A stretch of 64,000 nt of DNA from Batkoa obscura (lineage: Eukaryota): the NCBI GenBank assembly GCA_030770535.1, contig JASVEC010000016.1:992001-1056000 (forward strand). Reading direction: 5' to 3'. Under the pieces are notes generated by a model, which worked only from the letters and a program-made list of their open reading frames with translations, was not told where the DNA came from and ran no database searches. Shown in pieces: positions 26,119 to 39,891 of this stretch; the stretch's first letter is position 1, and the number at the start of each line of letters is the position of its first letter. The position numbers were made by a program, and so were the translations under genes.

Positions 26119-29100
26119 ATGCCAATTTCTATCATTGGGTATTTAGAAAAGGTAAAAGGTTAAATAACTCATGATTAACTTGGAAATATTAACTTAATTT
26201 CCTTCTTTTCTCTTTTCACTTATCATTTCAGTTTACTTCCAGTGACAATGATTTTCGATATATGGCGGTTAATGATTTGTTAACTGAACTTAATCAACAT
26301 AAAGGACCAATCGAACCACAAGTGTGTGCTCAAATTATTGAAGGCTTAATAAGATTGATTATTGAAGAACAGAGTACTAGTGAGGTTAAAAATTTAGCTA
26401 TTAAATGGTAAAGTGTAAATCAAAGATTTTCTAGTGAGCAAGAATTTAATTTAATTTAAATTTCACTTTTAGCTTAGGACCATTATGTAATTATTTAGGT
26501 CATGATTTACTATCTACTTTATTTTCAAAAACGTTAGCTATGTTGGAAAATAATAAAGAAGAAATCGTCGAATTAGGGGGACTTAGTAAGTTCATTCATA
26601 AAAATGATTGAAACAACCTTTATTCTTTTTAGCTTTAAAAACAGTGGTTAATAGTTTAGGTCTACAAAACAGTGATGGTTTGGTAAAAATTAAAGATACA
26701 TTTCGAAAATTAGTCATATTATTGAAACAAGTAATACTATTATATTAGCTATAATATAAGCAATAGTATACTAATAAGTTTATCTTAAATAGGACAACAA
26801 TTACAGTCGTCAATATGATATCATTGAAATTCTAATTGAATTATTAAATAAGTACGGCTCTACTATTTTAGCTACTTTTGATGGGAACCCAGATGAACAA
26901 ATTCAAACTTTATCTATGGATTCTATCTTTCCTTTACTTTCTCATTCACGCCCCGGACTCAAAAAAAAAGCTTCCATTTGTTTAGGTATTTATATATATG
27001 TATAGTAATAGTGATAAGGATAATTTATTTATTCATTTAAAAATAGGTGCTTTATCTTCTCATTTAAAAGAATCTCTTTTCGTTAGTTTGATTCAAAAGC
27101 TTAGTGATTTATATAAAATTGAAGATACAGGTACTATTTCAGATTCACAAAAAGAACAATCTATTATTGTTATTCAATCTTTCTCAATGTTATGTCGTTC
27201 GGATCCAACTAGAACCGGTCCTTATTTAAAGACTATCATTCCAGCTATTCTTCAACATGCGTCATTACAAGATGATATATTAACAGAACAATGTTTACAT
27301 GTAAAATTCATTTATTTTACTTTTGTTTTGAAGTTTAAATATTTATTAACTTTTGATTTGTAGGCATTAGAAATTTTTACTTTATTTTGTCCAAAAGAAA
27401 TTGATAGTTTTTATTCTCAAGTAGCTAAACTTTGTCTCAATTATATCAGTTATGATCCCAATTATATTGAAGATGATGATGATAATATGGATGACTCAGC
27501 AGAAGATGAATTTGATGAATTTGACGATGAATTTGACGATGATGATGACACATGGAAGTTAAGAAGATTAAGTGCTAAAGTGTTACAAGCTTTAGTAACA
27601 GTAAATATTGATCAACTTGGTTATTTTTATGAGAAAGTAGCGCCTATTTTAATTAAAAGATTTTCAGAAAGAGAAGAAGCAGTACGTATTGAGATTATAC
27701 AAGCTTTTATTGCCCTTTTAAAACAAACAAATAGTTTAAATCACCACTTTTTAAATGAATTAAATAATGATCAAACCGAAATAGCTGAAAAAGAAGACGA
27801 TAATATAAAGAGACGTAAATTATCTCCTCAAATGATAGAAGAAGAAAATCAATATGAAAAATTAAAGCAATTATTATTAGTAAATTTAAGTAATGTTATA
27901 CAAAAGATATCGGACCAAATTAATAGTGGACAATTATCTACTCAGCAAATTAGTATTAAATTATTAACTCAACTTACAATTACTTTGCCCAATCAACTTG
28001 GTAGTTATATTGAAGATATAAAATCAAACATTACTTTTATTTATTCATCAAACATACAACAGAAAGTAAAAAGTAATCCAGTGGAATATATTACGCTTAA
28101 AAAAGAAAGTTTGTATTTTATTCGAGAACTTTTAAAAACTCATGATTATAAATTATTTGAAAATCATATCTCTTGGTTATGTCCAATCATTATAAATGCA
28201 ATGAAAGATCCTTCTAACAAATATTTTAATGAATCGTTTTCAGCGTGTATTGAATTTATTAGAATAATACTTCCAATCAATCAATTAGATGACACGTTGT
28301 TAGTTAACTTTGATCTATATGGAGAATATATAAGAAATATTTATCAAACTTTATTAGATTTTATTGTTAATGGAAATAAAGAGAATGCATCAAGAGAACG
28401 TAGTATTAGGATGATTGGCTTATTGTTTAATCATTCTGGTAATTATATGTTGTCTGAATTGGAAACTTGTATTTCTTTCCTTGGTCAACTTAATATCTAT
28501 GAATTATATGCATTACCTATCCTTCAAGCTTACATTACTATTTTAGAATCAAGTCGATTTGATTGGACTCAAATTCAAAAGGGATCAACAATTTTAACTA
28601 CCTTTATTAAAGTACTTCATGATATTCTAAGTAACCTTAAAAAAGAAAATCGTAGTCTTAAATTAGCTACTCTAACTTATATTGCTAGTTTAGTTAGTAA
28701 ATTTGGCAACCATTTTGAACTAAAATCGTATGAATTATTATTAGTTGAATTCAAGGATGTACTAACTACTTTTGAGTTACAAGAACTTATTATTAGTATT
28801 CAAATATTAGATAATATGATTTCATTTCAATTAGATCCAAGTATACGTCATCATAATATCAAACTGTTAGGTGAAGATAGTTTTTGGTCGTCAATGGTTA
28901 CTATTCCAAATTCCATTCATCTTCAAGGGATTGCTACTGAAACCTATAGTCAATTATTAATCAAAATCATTTCTATTGCCAACGAAGCTCAACTAAACAT
29001 TACTACTATAAGTAAAAACTATATTGATGCTTTTTATTCCCTAGTAGTACAAATGAAAGATAAGCCCATTCAAAAACAAATATTAATCAATTTATCCCGC

Positions 29101-30420
29101 TGTATTAGTAGTGTTATGATTGGTTATACTAAATGTATTCAAGATGGTTATACTCAATTTATTACTCCTTTCATTACCATTATCAAGGATAATAGTTCAT
29201 TACCAGTCTCACGTCACATTTCCTTTTTAATCTTAGGGCATCTTAGCTTTAACTTTAATTTATCCAATCATATTGATTTATTCAATGAATGTTTAGAAGC
29301 ATTTAGAGATTCTAATTCAGAACTTCGAACTGCAGCAGCATATGCTTTAGGATGTTATACAGCTAGTAATTTTGAAGAAGTAATTGAAAAATTAATTGAA
29401 AAAATTCATACATTAAAAGAAGAGAGATATTTTTTACTTTTATCTTTAAAAGAAGCAATAACATATTATATTACTAAAGATAGTTTATTTGATCAGCAAC
29501 AAATTGAAAGTTATAGTGAAAAATTATGGCAAGTATTAATTGAAGATTCCTTTTCTCAAGATCATGAAGAAAGTAGTCAGAATTTAATCGCAGAATGTAT
29601 TGGTAAATTAAGTAGTATGAAACCAGATAAATTTTTACCAATCCTTGAACAAAAAATCAAGAGTAATAATGAAAGTATACGTAATATAATTATTATATCT
29701 ATTAGATATATGAATTTCAATGAAGATAAAGAATTTATTGAAAAGTTCCAAAGGTATATATTAAGCTTTTTATCTTTATTAAAAGATGATTCTTTGCAAG
29801 TAAGAAAACAAAGTATATTGAGTTTAACTTCAGTAGCTCATCAGATACCATTTATCGTTAATAAGCATTTGAAACAAATCTTACCACTAATCTTCCAAGA
29901 AACAACAATTAAACCAGAATTAATTCGGTTTGTTGATATGGGATTACAGAAGATTAAAGTAGATGATGGTTTAGAAAATCGTAAAGCCAGTTATGAATGT
30001 TTGTATACATTGTTGGATACCAGTTTACAATATCTTAATATTGAAGAATTAATTACTGGTCCTATTTTATCTGGATTAAAAGATCAGCATGAAATTAAGT
30101 TAATTTGCCACTTATTTTTATTAAGATTTACTAAAATGACACCAAATTATTTAATTCAATATTTAGAAACTATATCTCAAGCCTTTTTATCCGATTTAAA
30201 TATCAAAGTTAAAGATAATGGGTATAAACAAGAGAAAAATCAAAGGGAAGAACTAGTACGTTCTATTATTAAAGTATTTGTTACTTTAAGTAATGAACTT
30301 AACATCCATATTATGGTACCAGGCTTTGAAGCCCTTAATAAAATGGTTAAGAATCCAGAAGGAGGGTATTATTTGGAATATAAGGAGGTGTTAAATCAAC
30401 TTCAAACAGGATCCAAATAA
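26119..30420 (+). CDS. CAND1: Cullin-associated NEDD8-dissociated protein (CAND1/TIP120)
   Basis: SSDNDFRYMAVNDL, EVKNLAIK, YDPNY, DDDDTWKLRR, FSEREE, VDMG...KVDDGLENRKASYECLYTLL; short 5' exons followed by one long exon. Confidence 0.93.
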
Positions 30421-30628
30421 ATACATATATACATATTGCTTTACTTTTTATTATTTTTGAAATTAAATATTTTCTACTTTTATTGTTTTTTTAGGCTAAA
30501 TAAGATTTAATAAATAAACATAACATACATTATAAAAATAAGGTTAAATTATACGATAGTACATAAATAAATGAAGAGTAATCAAATGAACTAAAAAACT
30601 ATTAAAAAAGAAAACTGGTTTTACTTTC

Positions 30629-30922
30629 TTAATTAAATGCACCACCTAACATCACACACTCACTTTCAGCAATTGAAGGTAAACGACGACCGAATTTAGC
30701 AGGTAATTGGTTTTCTTCAATAAAATAAACATTGGTACCGAAATTATCAGTATAACTCTCTTTTGATGAAGTTGCTTTTTGATTTATTTGTTTTGTTGAT
30801 ACTGACGAAGGCCCCGATTTTGATTGTAAATTCAATGACTTTCTCGAACCTAAAAAGTGGATCATAGGTTGATGACGCTTTGGTATTTTTACTTGGGCAA
30901 AAAGAGTTCTTGTTAAGTTCAT
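30629..30922 (-). CDS. KGD4: Alpha-ketoglutarate dehydrogenase subunit Kgd4 / MRPS36 / Ymr31 family
   Basis: Small basic protein with PMIHFLGSR and C-terminal LPAKFGRR...E.ECVMLGGA. Confidence 0.8.
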   Translation of the reverse strand: MNLTRTLFAQVKIPKRHQPMIHFLGSRKSLNLQSKSGPSSVSTKQINQKATSSKESYTDNFGTNVYFIEENQLPAKFGRRLPSIAESECVMLGGAFN

Positions 30923-31635
30923 GTTTATATGTATATGTATACTAGCCTTTGAAGTTAGGTTAAAGTTTGTAATTTTAATAGCAAAAAATTTTAAAAATTG
31001 GAATTTTACTGATTATAGAGTCTAAGTCTTCTGGTTTTTATAAAGCTCAAGTTTCATTGGTTGGTTCATCTTAGCTTTTTTTTCAAAGTTTTTAATAGAT
31101 AGATCCTTTAAAAGAATTTTTTTATACAGTAAAATTCAAAAATATCATTTCATTATTTTGATCACCCTTTGTTCAGATTAAATTTTGGAAATGTTTTTGT
31201 ATGAGAACTAAAGCTGAAAGTAGCTTAATAAACATAGCATTTAACTTCAGTTTATTGGCCTTTCAAATATTATGAATGAGTCAATCCTACTATAATTTTC
31301 ATGCAAAGGTATAATCATGACGAGTTGGACTCATAAAATTCTTTCATTTTAAATTCTATTGATGATTATGATGAGTCTAATCGTGAAACACCCTAGTTTA
31401 GCAGCAAATTATGTTTGCTAGAAATAGTTTTGGAAAATTTTGGTACCCAAAGGGTTACAATAGGTACTAACAAATGATTTGCTATAGATTAAATGAATAG
31501 ATTAACATGTTTAAGGGAATAAAAAGAAGAAATAATTTTTTTATAGAAATAATTGGATAAAAAAATAACACTAAATTTATTAACTGATTACAAATAAATG
31601 TTATAACCTTAGTTATATTGAATTTAAAAGTTCAA

Positions 31636-32661
31636 TCAACAACCACAAGGACGTTTGGTTGATCCGTAACTACGGAAGCGAGAGAATATTAAAGTGCCTA
31701 AAGTAATGCCCAAAATAACAGCAAAAAATAAGCCAACATTAAATGTCATTGAAACTAACATTAATAAATAAGCAATCGATGACTCAAAAAATTGAAAGAT
31801 GGCACGATAAGTATCAATAGTAAATTGTCTTCTAGAATATGAATTTAATTTATCAATACTTTCTTCTGTCCATGTAACTTCGAATTTACTTCTAATTGTT
31901 AAAAGGAGTTCATAAATAACACCAAACACAACAATAGCAATAAAAGTTCCTGCATATTGTCCAGCAGTGCGTGGCACCCATTCTTTGAAAAGTACATAAT
32001 CTGCAAAACCAGTATGGAAATACATACGCATCTGTGGCGCTGCATTACCTTCTCCATTCATTTCACAGTAAGGTAGGTTATTTTGGGCCTTTCCATCTAC
32101 AGAACCTGGACACATCTTCTTCCAATCTGAGCATTGATCCATTTCAGGCATTGCTTGACATAATTGAGAATAAACACCAAGTAAATCACAGTTAGCATAA
32201 AATGAAGTTGTAGCACATTTTTCACATCCATCCATAGTCATTTCGTTACAGATAGATTTGACTTGTTTATTAACAGTTTCGGTATTTGGTAAATTTGAGA
32301 TAGGAAGTTTATCTTTACATTGTGGAACGAGGGAGCCTTGTTTACATAATGATACATAATTTTTACATCCACCCATACCAGGCATATCACTTTTACATAC
32401 ATCAGCTAAGATTGAAAACGAGTCACAATAAGCCTCTTGTTGAAGTTGAGTGGAATTCCCACATAAACTTCGAATAGAACAACCTGGCATATAAGGCATA
32501 TTACGACACAAATTTATCATATCAGCTTCGATATTTTCATTACTATATACATAGTTTGTACAACTTGAATCAGTTGGATTTGAAATACAGTCACTATTAA
32601 TACCATTTAAAAATGGGAGAATTAAAGATGCTAATTTTAATAAATGATTGGAAAGCCTCAT
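31636..32661 (-). CDS. Ctr-family copper transporter with Cys/Met-rich extracellular domain
   Basis: Signal peptide; MRMYFH; MLVSM (MxxxM); GITLG (GxxxG); three TM segments; C-terminal CGC. Confidence 0.92.
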   Translation of the reverse strand: MRLSNHLLKLASLILPFLNGINSDCISNPTDSSCTNYVYSNENIEADMINLCRNMPYMPGCSIRSLCGNSTQLQQEAYCDSFSILADVCKSDMPGMGGCKNYVSLCKQGSLVPQCKDKLPISNLPNTETVNKQVKSICNEMTMDGCEKCATTSFYANCDLLGVYSQLCQAMPEMDQCSDWKKMCPGSVDGKAQNNLPYCEMNGEGNAAPQMRMYFHTGFADYVLFKEWVPRTAGQYAGTFIAIVVFGVIYELLLTIRSKFEVTWTEESIDKLNSYSRRQFTIDTYRAIFQFFESSIAYLLMLVSMTFNVGLFFAVILGITLGTLIFSRFRSYGSTKRPCGC

Positions 32662-33714
32662 TATAGTAGTTTGCTATTAAACAAAAATAGTTAGTAAAAA
32701 AATTAACGAAAGGAATTAAGAAATACCTAATTTACAATGAAAAATTTTAGTTTTCAATTTTAAAAAAAGAAATAAAGGTCATGGAAAGAAAAGAAGCTTT
32801 TTAAATAATAGTTGTTTTCTAAAGCTTCTTTTTAAGTACTTAATTAGGAAGCCCCCGAAATCAAGTCCAATTAGATTGGGGATTGTTGCCTTTAGATAGC
32901 CTATCATTGGGTTTTTAAAATGTTTGAAGTTAGCACACTTACTTGAAACAAAAGGATTGTTCTATTGGAATAAATCGAAGGAAGAATTTGTTCAAAATAA
33001 GCGACATAGCCAATTATAAGTCTTAGTTGATTTCATACATTTACAATTAAGATTTTATTTAATTTGGAAATATTCTAGAAGCTTTCATAAATCTACTTAG
33101 TTTTATTATTAAGCATTAAAGCGGATAGGTTGGTCATCTAGTAGGATTAAGAGTATGGTGCAATCTGTTCGAAGGGAAAAGAGGTTTCAAGGTTTATTAT
33201 CTTAATTAATTAGTGGCTGACATCTTTTAAATAAAGGAAATTGAAAATTAATTTTACAATTGAAATTTATTACATCGTTTAACATATAATCTAATATTAT
33301 GAAACTATATTTTTAATTATTAAAAGATATTTTTACTTCTATCTGTATAGAAAACTAAAACAAATCAACTATCATTGATTGATTTATTTGTAAATTTAAA
33401 TGATATTATTAAGAAAAATTGATTTTATCTTTTAAAATCAGGGGTTGTATTTATTATAACAAACTATTTATTTGAAATAAACATGTTAACTCAAAAACTT
33501 ATGATTCAACAAAATGCTTATAAATTAATTTTAGTTATCGAATTCTACAAGGAGTAAATAAAGTATGTACAGATTAATTAAAATTGTTTATATATGAAGT
33601 TAAGCAAATCTTCTTTACATAAAATTCATATACTGTTCATACAAAGTAAGTATTTATGATGATATAAGTTAAAAGACTAATACTTTAAAATAATGGATTT
33701 TAAATGGTAGTTTA

Positions 33715-34640
33715 TTAAACCAAGAAGAATATCAAAAAACGTATTAATTTTATCATTTTTAATTTATTCAAAGAGAACTTCATTAACAAAAAGCTTGATA
33801 GAGTTAAGATATTTTCTAAAACCTGTACATTATTTCTGGAATCATCACTAAAGACAAGATATTTGAAATCAGAGAAACTATAACCAATATTCTGTATTAA
33901 TTTACCATATGGGGATGTATTTAGAGTATAAAAATGCTTCATTTGAACCCTCTGTAGTAACAAAAGGTTAGTGTTTTTAACTAGTAAACTAGCAGCTACT
34001 TTTTTAGTACTTGGAACATTAGCTACAGATACTCAGGTTTCATTTACTTCATCTTTATCAGAATAGAATATTCAAGGACAACCCCATCTTTACTATAAAA
34101 AGCTGAATCTTTAGCATCGTTGATAGCAGAAGTATCAGCCTTTTGAAGATTTGTTATAGCTTTGAGTGTAATTGAGCCATTATAAGGAGGTAAAATGCTG
34201 TCTGTAGTATCAGCTAGTAAAGTTTCACAGTTATTTATGGCTAGCCCAGATGCCTGGTTTTTAGATCATTGACTAAAATCATAATAAACTTCCGTATTTT
34301 GATAAGTACGGCTAAATGTATCTTCGCCAATATAAATCTTGTATGTAAAATCACCAAAATAAATGGATTTTCGATTTATAATAGTTGCCACTCGTTTATA
34401 GCCTCCAGGTTCTCTAGCTCAAATTTTTAATATTTCTATAAAGCCATCAATAATCTTAATGTAACTATCATCAAAAAGTTTAGTATTGTAAAAGGATATA
34501 TATGTTACTCTGTCATTTGAATCATAAAGAAAACTATTTGCTGAAGAACTATAATTCGATTGAAATCATCTAAATAATTTCTGTGTTTGTAAATCAGCGA
34601 TTAATGGAGTGAAAAGTAAAGTTGATGAGATTGATCCCAT
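33715..34640 (-). pseudogene. Decayed coding sequence of unknown family
   Basis: ATG at 34640 opens a frame of about 120 codons broken by isolated TGA codons, followed by frameshifted coding-like sequence; GC above intergenic level. Confidence 0.4.
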
Positions 34641-35332
34641 AAGTTGTTTAAATTGATAAAAACTTATTTTAATAATGACTTCGTTGTCTCCTTATGACTT
34701 TCTCTACTATGATTAGTTTAATATCTAAATCTAACATTATAAGTCATAGCTTGTATAAAGGATAATGAACAATGAACAATAATAGAACAAATTGGTAAAT
34801 TGACTTTTAAGATGTCTTTCAGCATTCCCATTAAGCTTACAAGGATAGGAACTAATAAACTAAAAAAGAGTATAACAATAAAATGCTTTCATTCAGCATA
34901 TAAAAAAATAACAGATATAACAAATTTAAATGGAACAAGCTAAGTTAAAAGAACTATCAAAAAGTAATAATAAATACTGTTTACGTTGTTGTTATGAATC
35001 GAATCGAGTAGTGTTTACTACTATTTTAAAATTAACATTAATCATATCAATACAAACTACTAGATATATTCATAATATTATTATGATTGAAGTCACCCTA
35101 TATCAGCTAAAACAACATGATTCTTTACATATTAAAGTGCTATAAGTTATGAATAGTTTATGTAGTTCCGATTTTATTAGTTATTTACAAATTGTACATT
35201 ACATTATTCAAAATTACTTATAATAGCATAAATATAGATAATATAGTATATAGAACAAGTATTCATATAAATACAAGTATATTTAATAGATACTTACTTT
35301 CTACTTTTGGTAGATACCAATTTTTTATCATA

Positions 35333-35432
35333 TGGGGCTGTTTTTTTTAGTTTCATTATTTTTCCATTTTTTAAGCGCTATTTATGTGGAAAAATCGTCA
35401 GTAAAATTCTTAAATACAAAAATACATCCCCA
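35333..35432 (+). mobile_element. MITE copy (first of a tandem pair)
   Basis: TGGGGCTG...CATCCCCA; TA/TA, right-hand TA shared with the next copy. Confidence 0.93.
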
Positions 35433-35434
35433 TA

Positions 35435-35535
35435 TGGGAGTGTTTTTTTTGACTTCATTATTTTTTCCATTTTTTAAGCACTATTTAAGCGGAAAATTCG
35501 TTAGTAAAATTCTTAAACACAAAAATACATCCCCA
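35435..35535 (+). mobile_element. MITE copy (second of a tandem pair)
   Basis: TGGGAGTG...CATCCCCA; TA/TA. Confidence 0.93.
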
Positions 35536-35601
35536 TATATTAAACAAGATAACTCAAAAATAAAAGATGTTTTTATTATTTTACTAAAATTATTCTACAT
35601 A

Positions 35602-35701
35602 TGGGGATGTATTTTTGTATTTAAGAATTTTACTAACAATTTTTCCACGCAAGTAGCGCTTAAAAGATGAAAAAAGTAATGAAGCTAAAAAAACATCCCC
35701 A
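35602..35701 (-). mobile_element. MITE copy
   Basis: TGGGGATG...CATCCCCA; TA/TA. Confidence 0.93.
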
Positions 35702-37813
35702 TATGTATTAAATTTACTTGTATTGTAAATGGCTTGTCTCTGGCTTTTGAAAAATTGTTTTATTATACTTTGTTTTCATCTTCACTTTTGTTTAATGTTT
35801 TAGAAAAAGTCTAAAAATCTCAGATAAAATACTATATTTTTTCAAAAAGTAAATAATTATGAATAAAATGTAATATAAAAATATACAAATACTTAAAAGT
35901 ATTAATGTTTGATTAATATTGTCATTAAAGAGGCTGGGCCAGTTAGTATTAGTTTTTAGTATTTAATATATTTATATCAATAAAAGTTATATTAGGCTAA
36001 TAATCTTAAGTTGGTTATTATTGTCTAATATGATGCTTTATCTATTAATTATTTTGCTTATTGATCTTTATATTGATAAAATGATATTAGAATTAAACAA
36101 AACAAGTTCCCAATGATGTCTAAATGCATCACTATAATTTATAAAGTGACTCCTTTACTAATCATAAGAGTAATATTATATATTATATTATATTATATTA
36201 ATATTGCTTAATACATGTGTTGTAATCTTGTATAGTATGTTTATTTATTTAACCTATTAAAGTAGTAATAACTTTAAAGTATCTTCAAAAGTTACCTGAT
36301 TGCTTTAAAAGCCTTTCAAACACTTTTCTATAGAATGTTCTTGGCTTTTAATATTTAAAAATATTAAATGTGATATATTTGTTTTACTAGTGTTAATTTA
36401 CAAACTTATACATGATTTCCTTGATAAATAATTTATAAAATGTTGGCAATAATCATTGTAGATATTAAGGCTTTGAGAATAAGTACTTTTATTTCAAATG
36501 TTTATAATGTATATTACTGAGTCATTAATATAGAAAATAATTTCAAAGTAATTTTAATCTTAATTAAGTTTAATTTAAGCATATAAAATAAAAATAAAAT
36601 ATAGTAATGATTAAAGTAACTTGATACATTAGGCTAATATATCAAACTAATTTACTAATGATACTAATTATTAATTATTAAATTGTTTTTAAATTACTAT
36701 TTCTACAACCTAATTAAACATATATATTTTAGAATACATTCGATAGATTAAATTTTAATGATTTAATTAAAAAGTTCAATTTTATGACGTAAAAGTTGTC
36801 ATTAATTATAAGAGGCTATACAAATAAAAAGTTAAAATATAAACTGAAATCTATATTTTTACATTAAAAATCAGTGAAAACAAGAAAAGTGTATAGAAAT
36901 ATGTAATTTTTGGAATATACTTTAAAGGATATATCGTCAAAATTTCAAGTTCAAAATATCATCTAAGAACGTTCTAAAATTATTTGGTGTGGAAAATGGT
37001 TTGGTCTTAATGTCAAACCTTATGTTTTAATGGCTTTTGCAATTATCATGCTATAAATATTCTTGCAGGTTTCAACTTGTTTTCATTAAATTAGTTTGCG
37101 CAGTAATTAACGTCAAAATGAAGTATTTTTTCGTAATTCTTTTTAACTTTCATTTAATTTTTAATGGAATATATTATTAGTTCTTATTGATTTTATTAAA
37201 TAAATTAATATCTACTGCCTGACTCTTAAAGTTATTTATATTTGATAAGTGGTTGTAAACTGAAATCATTGAAATCATTGAAATGGGAAAAAGTTATTCA
37301 AGTTCTTACAGACAAATAAATTTAAACTAACAACCAATTAAAGCTGATCTGTTTTAAGCTTTTCCAGATGCCAACAATAAGTTTTTGTTTAAACACTCAC
37401 AAATGCTAATATAATAAATTCACATGCCCAAAGATAAGAACTTTCAAATTTTCAGATGAAATTATAGGCTGTAGATAAGAGCTTGATGATTATATTTTTG
37501 AGGGGACCAACTTTTAAAAAGTTAGTGACATTTTTGGCTATAAGAGGCTATGAAATCATACCCCCAAGCCAATAATAAAATGGAATATAATGTGAGACAA
37601 AAAAGGAATGCCATTTGACTATTATTGGCTTATAAGCAAAAAGAGTATACTCATGAATAGATCAAAATGAAGTATAAAAGCCAAGCAATATATCAAATCT
37701 ATTCTTTTTATTTCTAAATTTCAACTTGTAAATAAAAATTTTAAGCTACATACAATTTAAAGTCATAATAAGTTAATTGAATTCATTTATTTAAAAACTT
37801 TACTATCCACAAC

Positions 37814-39199
37814 ATGTCGTTAACTGCAGGTTTTAAAAACTTTGATTCTGATAACAAAGATAAAAAAATATCCATCCCACCTTCCAAATCTTATTATCGA
37901 GCTATGGCAAACCTAGGGAAAAGCTTTAGTAATAGTATTGATAATCCACCATGCTTAATTTCTGAATTAGAAAAGAAAAGCCAGCCAAATAAAGTCTCTT
38001 TTGGAATTGATTCTTTGAATGATAATCTCAATTCATTAACCTTAAATGATTCTCCAATAGAATATATATCTCCTGAATTATCTTTTTCGCCAACAGAATC
38101 TGTTATATCAGCCGGAGAACCATCTCACCCAAATGATATTGAATCACCAACTATTCATAATATTGCTTCACCACCTCCTCGTCCAATAAGAAGAGCTAAA
38201 ACTACTGTATCACCATTTCCTCAACCTAAAGCTTTAAAAAAGACAAACAGTTATAAACCCATTACCTCTTCTTCCTATAATTCCTTACCAACTTCAGATG
38301 CAGTTTCTTTCCTTTCTTCTTTTGCTGATAGGACTGCAGAAGAAATATCAGCTGTTTCTCCTGATGAAGAAGGTGAAGAAGTTGGAAAATATGTCATGGG
38401 GAAGATGATCGCAAAAGGAGCTTTCTCAACTGTACGTGAAGCTTATACAATGAGTGATGTCGACCATCAATTTGAGATGTTTGCTTGTAAGGTAGTTAAA
38501 AAATGTTCAACTCAAAAATGTGAGGAAAAAGTAATTGAAGCAGAAAACGAAGTCATGTTATGGAAACAATTAGATCACCCCCATATTCTTAAGTTTACTG
38601 ATATTATTGATACGAGTTATGCCCTCTTTATCTTTATGGAATTATGTCCTAATGGGACATTATTAGATTATGTAACTTCCAAAGGAAAATTGGAAGAAGA
38701 TGAAGCAAGAATTTTCTTTAACCAATTATTACAGGCAGTAAGATATCTTCATCAAGATGCTCATATCATCCATCGTGATTTAAAGCTTGAAAATATTGTA
38801 CTTACATCTACTAATCACGTCAAACTCACTGATTTTGGATTGAGCGTATTTAAAAAAGCACAGGACCAAGGTTTAAAAAGTCCTGGGCAAGGGTGTGCAG
38901 GTTCCATCAACTATTGTGCACCAGAACTTTTAAGAAATACTTGTCGAGTAAACGATTACTGTTCAGATATATGGTCATTAGGAGTTATACTTTATACGCT
39001 TGTAGTTGGTAAATTTCCATTTTCAGATGGATTTGAGCCCAGATTAATTATGAAAATATGTAATGGCAAATTTGATTTACCAGATGCTTTATCGCCTCCT
39101 CTTAAGGAGTTGATTTCTTCTATGCTTTCAATTGATAGTATTAATCGTCCAAATATTAATGAAGTTATTGGTAGCACATGGTGTCAAGAATCTTCATAA
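37814..39199 (+). CDS. Ser/Thr protein kinase, CAMK-like group (possibly Nnk1/Ppk16-like)
   Basis: IAKGAFSTV, HRDLKLEN, DFG, GSINYCAPE, DIWSLGV; Ser/Pro-rich N-terminus; subfamily tentative. Confidence 0.9.
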   Translation: MSLTAGFKNFDSDNKDKKISIPPSKSYYRAMANLGKSFSNSIDNPPCLISELEKKSQPNKVSFGIDSLNDNLNSLTLNDSPIEYISPELSFSPTESVISAGEPSHPNDIESPTIHNIASPPPRPIRRAKTTVSPFPQPKALKKTNSYKPITSSSYNSLPTSDAVSFLSSFADRTAEEISAVSPDEEGEEVGKYVMGKMIAKGAFSTVREAYTMSDVDHQFEMFACKVVKKCSTQKCEEKVIEAENEVMLWKQLDHPHILKFTDIIDTSYALFIFMELCPNGTLLDYVTSKGKLEEDEARIFFNQLLQAVRYLHQDAHIIHRDLKLENIVLTSTNHVKLTDFGLSVFKKAQDQGLKSPGQGCAGSINYCAPELLRNTCRVNDYCSDIWSLGVILYTLVVGKFPFSDGFEPRLIMKICNGKFDLPDALSPPLKELISSMLSIDSINRPNINEVIGSTWCQESS

Positions 39200-39796
39200 G
39201 TCATCAATGTTCTTGTTTCAATACCAAAGTCAACTGATTGTAGTATTATATTGTTATCTTAATCTCTAGAATATCTATATCATGAGAAATTATCATGTTT
39301 TTTGATATTATATTATTTATTTTTACCTTGAAAATATTGCTCAAATTTACGCTTTTAAATAAATAATTGTTTTTTGTTAATAAAATCAGCCCATGTTTGA
39401 AATAAATCTGTATTTAAATTTTCTTATTTTAGTAAATTTTGAAGTCTTTTTATTTTAAAAATTCATTAGAGTGATTTATATTTAATTTTAATTGATCCAT
39501 CCTTAACTTAGCCTAATTTATAAATTGCAAAGTAATTTTTATTTATAGTAATGAAAGGACATAATAAAGCAGCTTATCTTTTTAACCCTGTTTTATTCCA
39601 ATTATTTTGAATATTGGGGTAAATTTTATTATGAGTAGTTTTGAAGATTAAACAAATGTTATTTAGAATAACTTTGGAAGAGATGGGCAAATATCATCGC
39701 AAGTAACATTTAACTAAGCGAGTAAATGGTGAATCAAAATTGTTAATTTCGAAATCTAATAGAATTTAAACTAATAACTGCTAACAATTTTCATTA

Positions 39797-39891
39797 TGTG
39801 AGTGTTTTCACTTTCATTATTTTTTCTATTTTTAAGCACTACTAAGTGGAAACAATGTTAATAAATTTCTTGAACAAAAACATTATTCTTA
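39797..39891 (+). mobile_element. Degenerate MITE copy
   Basis: TGTGAGTG start; core TTCATTATTTTTTCTATTTTTAAGCACTA..AAGTGGAAA; right end eroded. Confidence 0.7.

Noticed and set aside
35332..35670. 112-aa ORF (also ORF 12863-13099)
   Set aside because: Reads through MITE copies; a by-product of the repeat sequence
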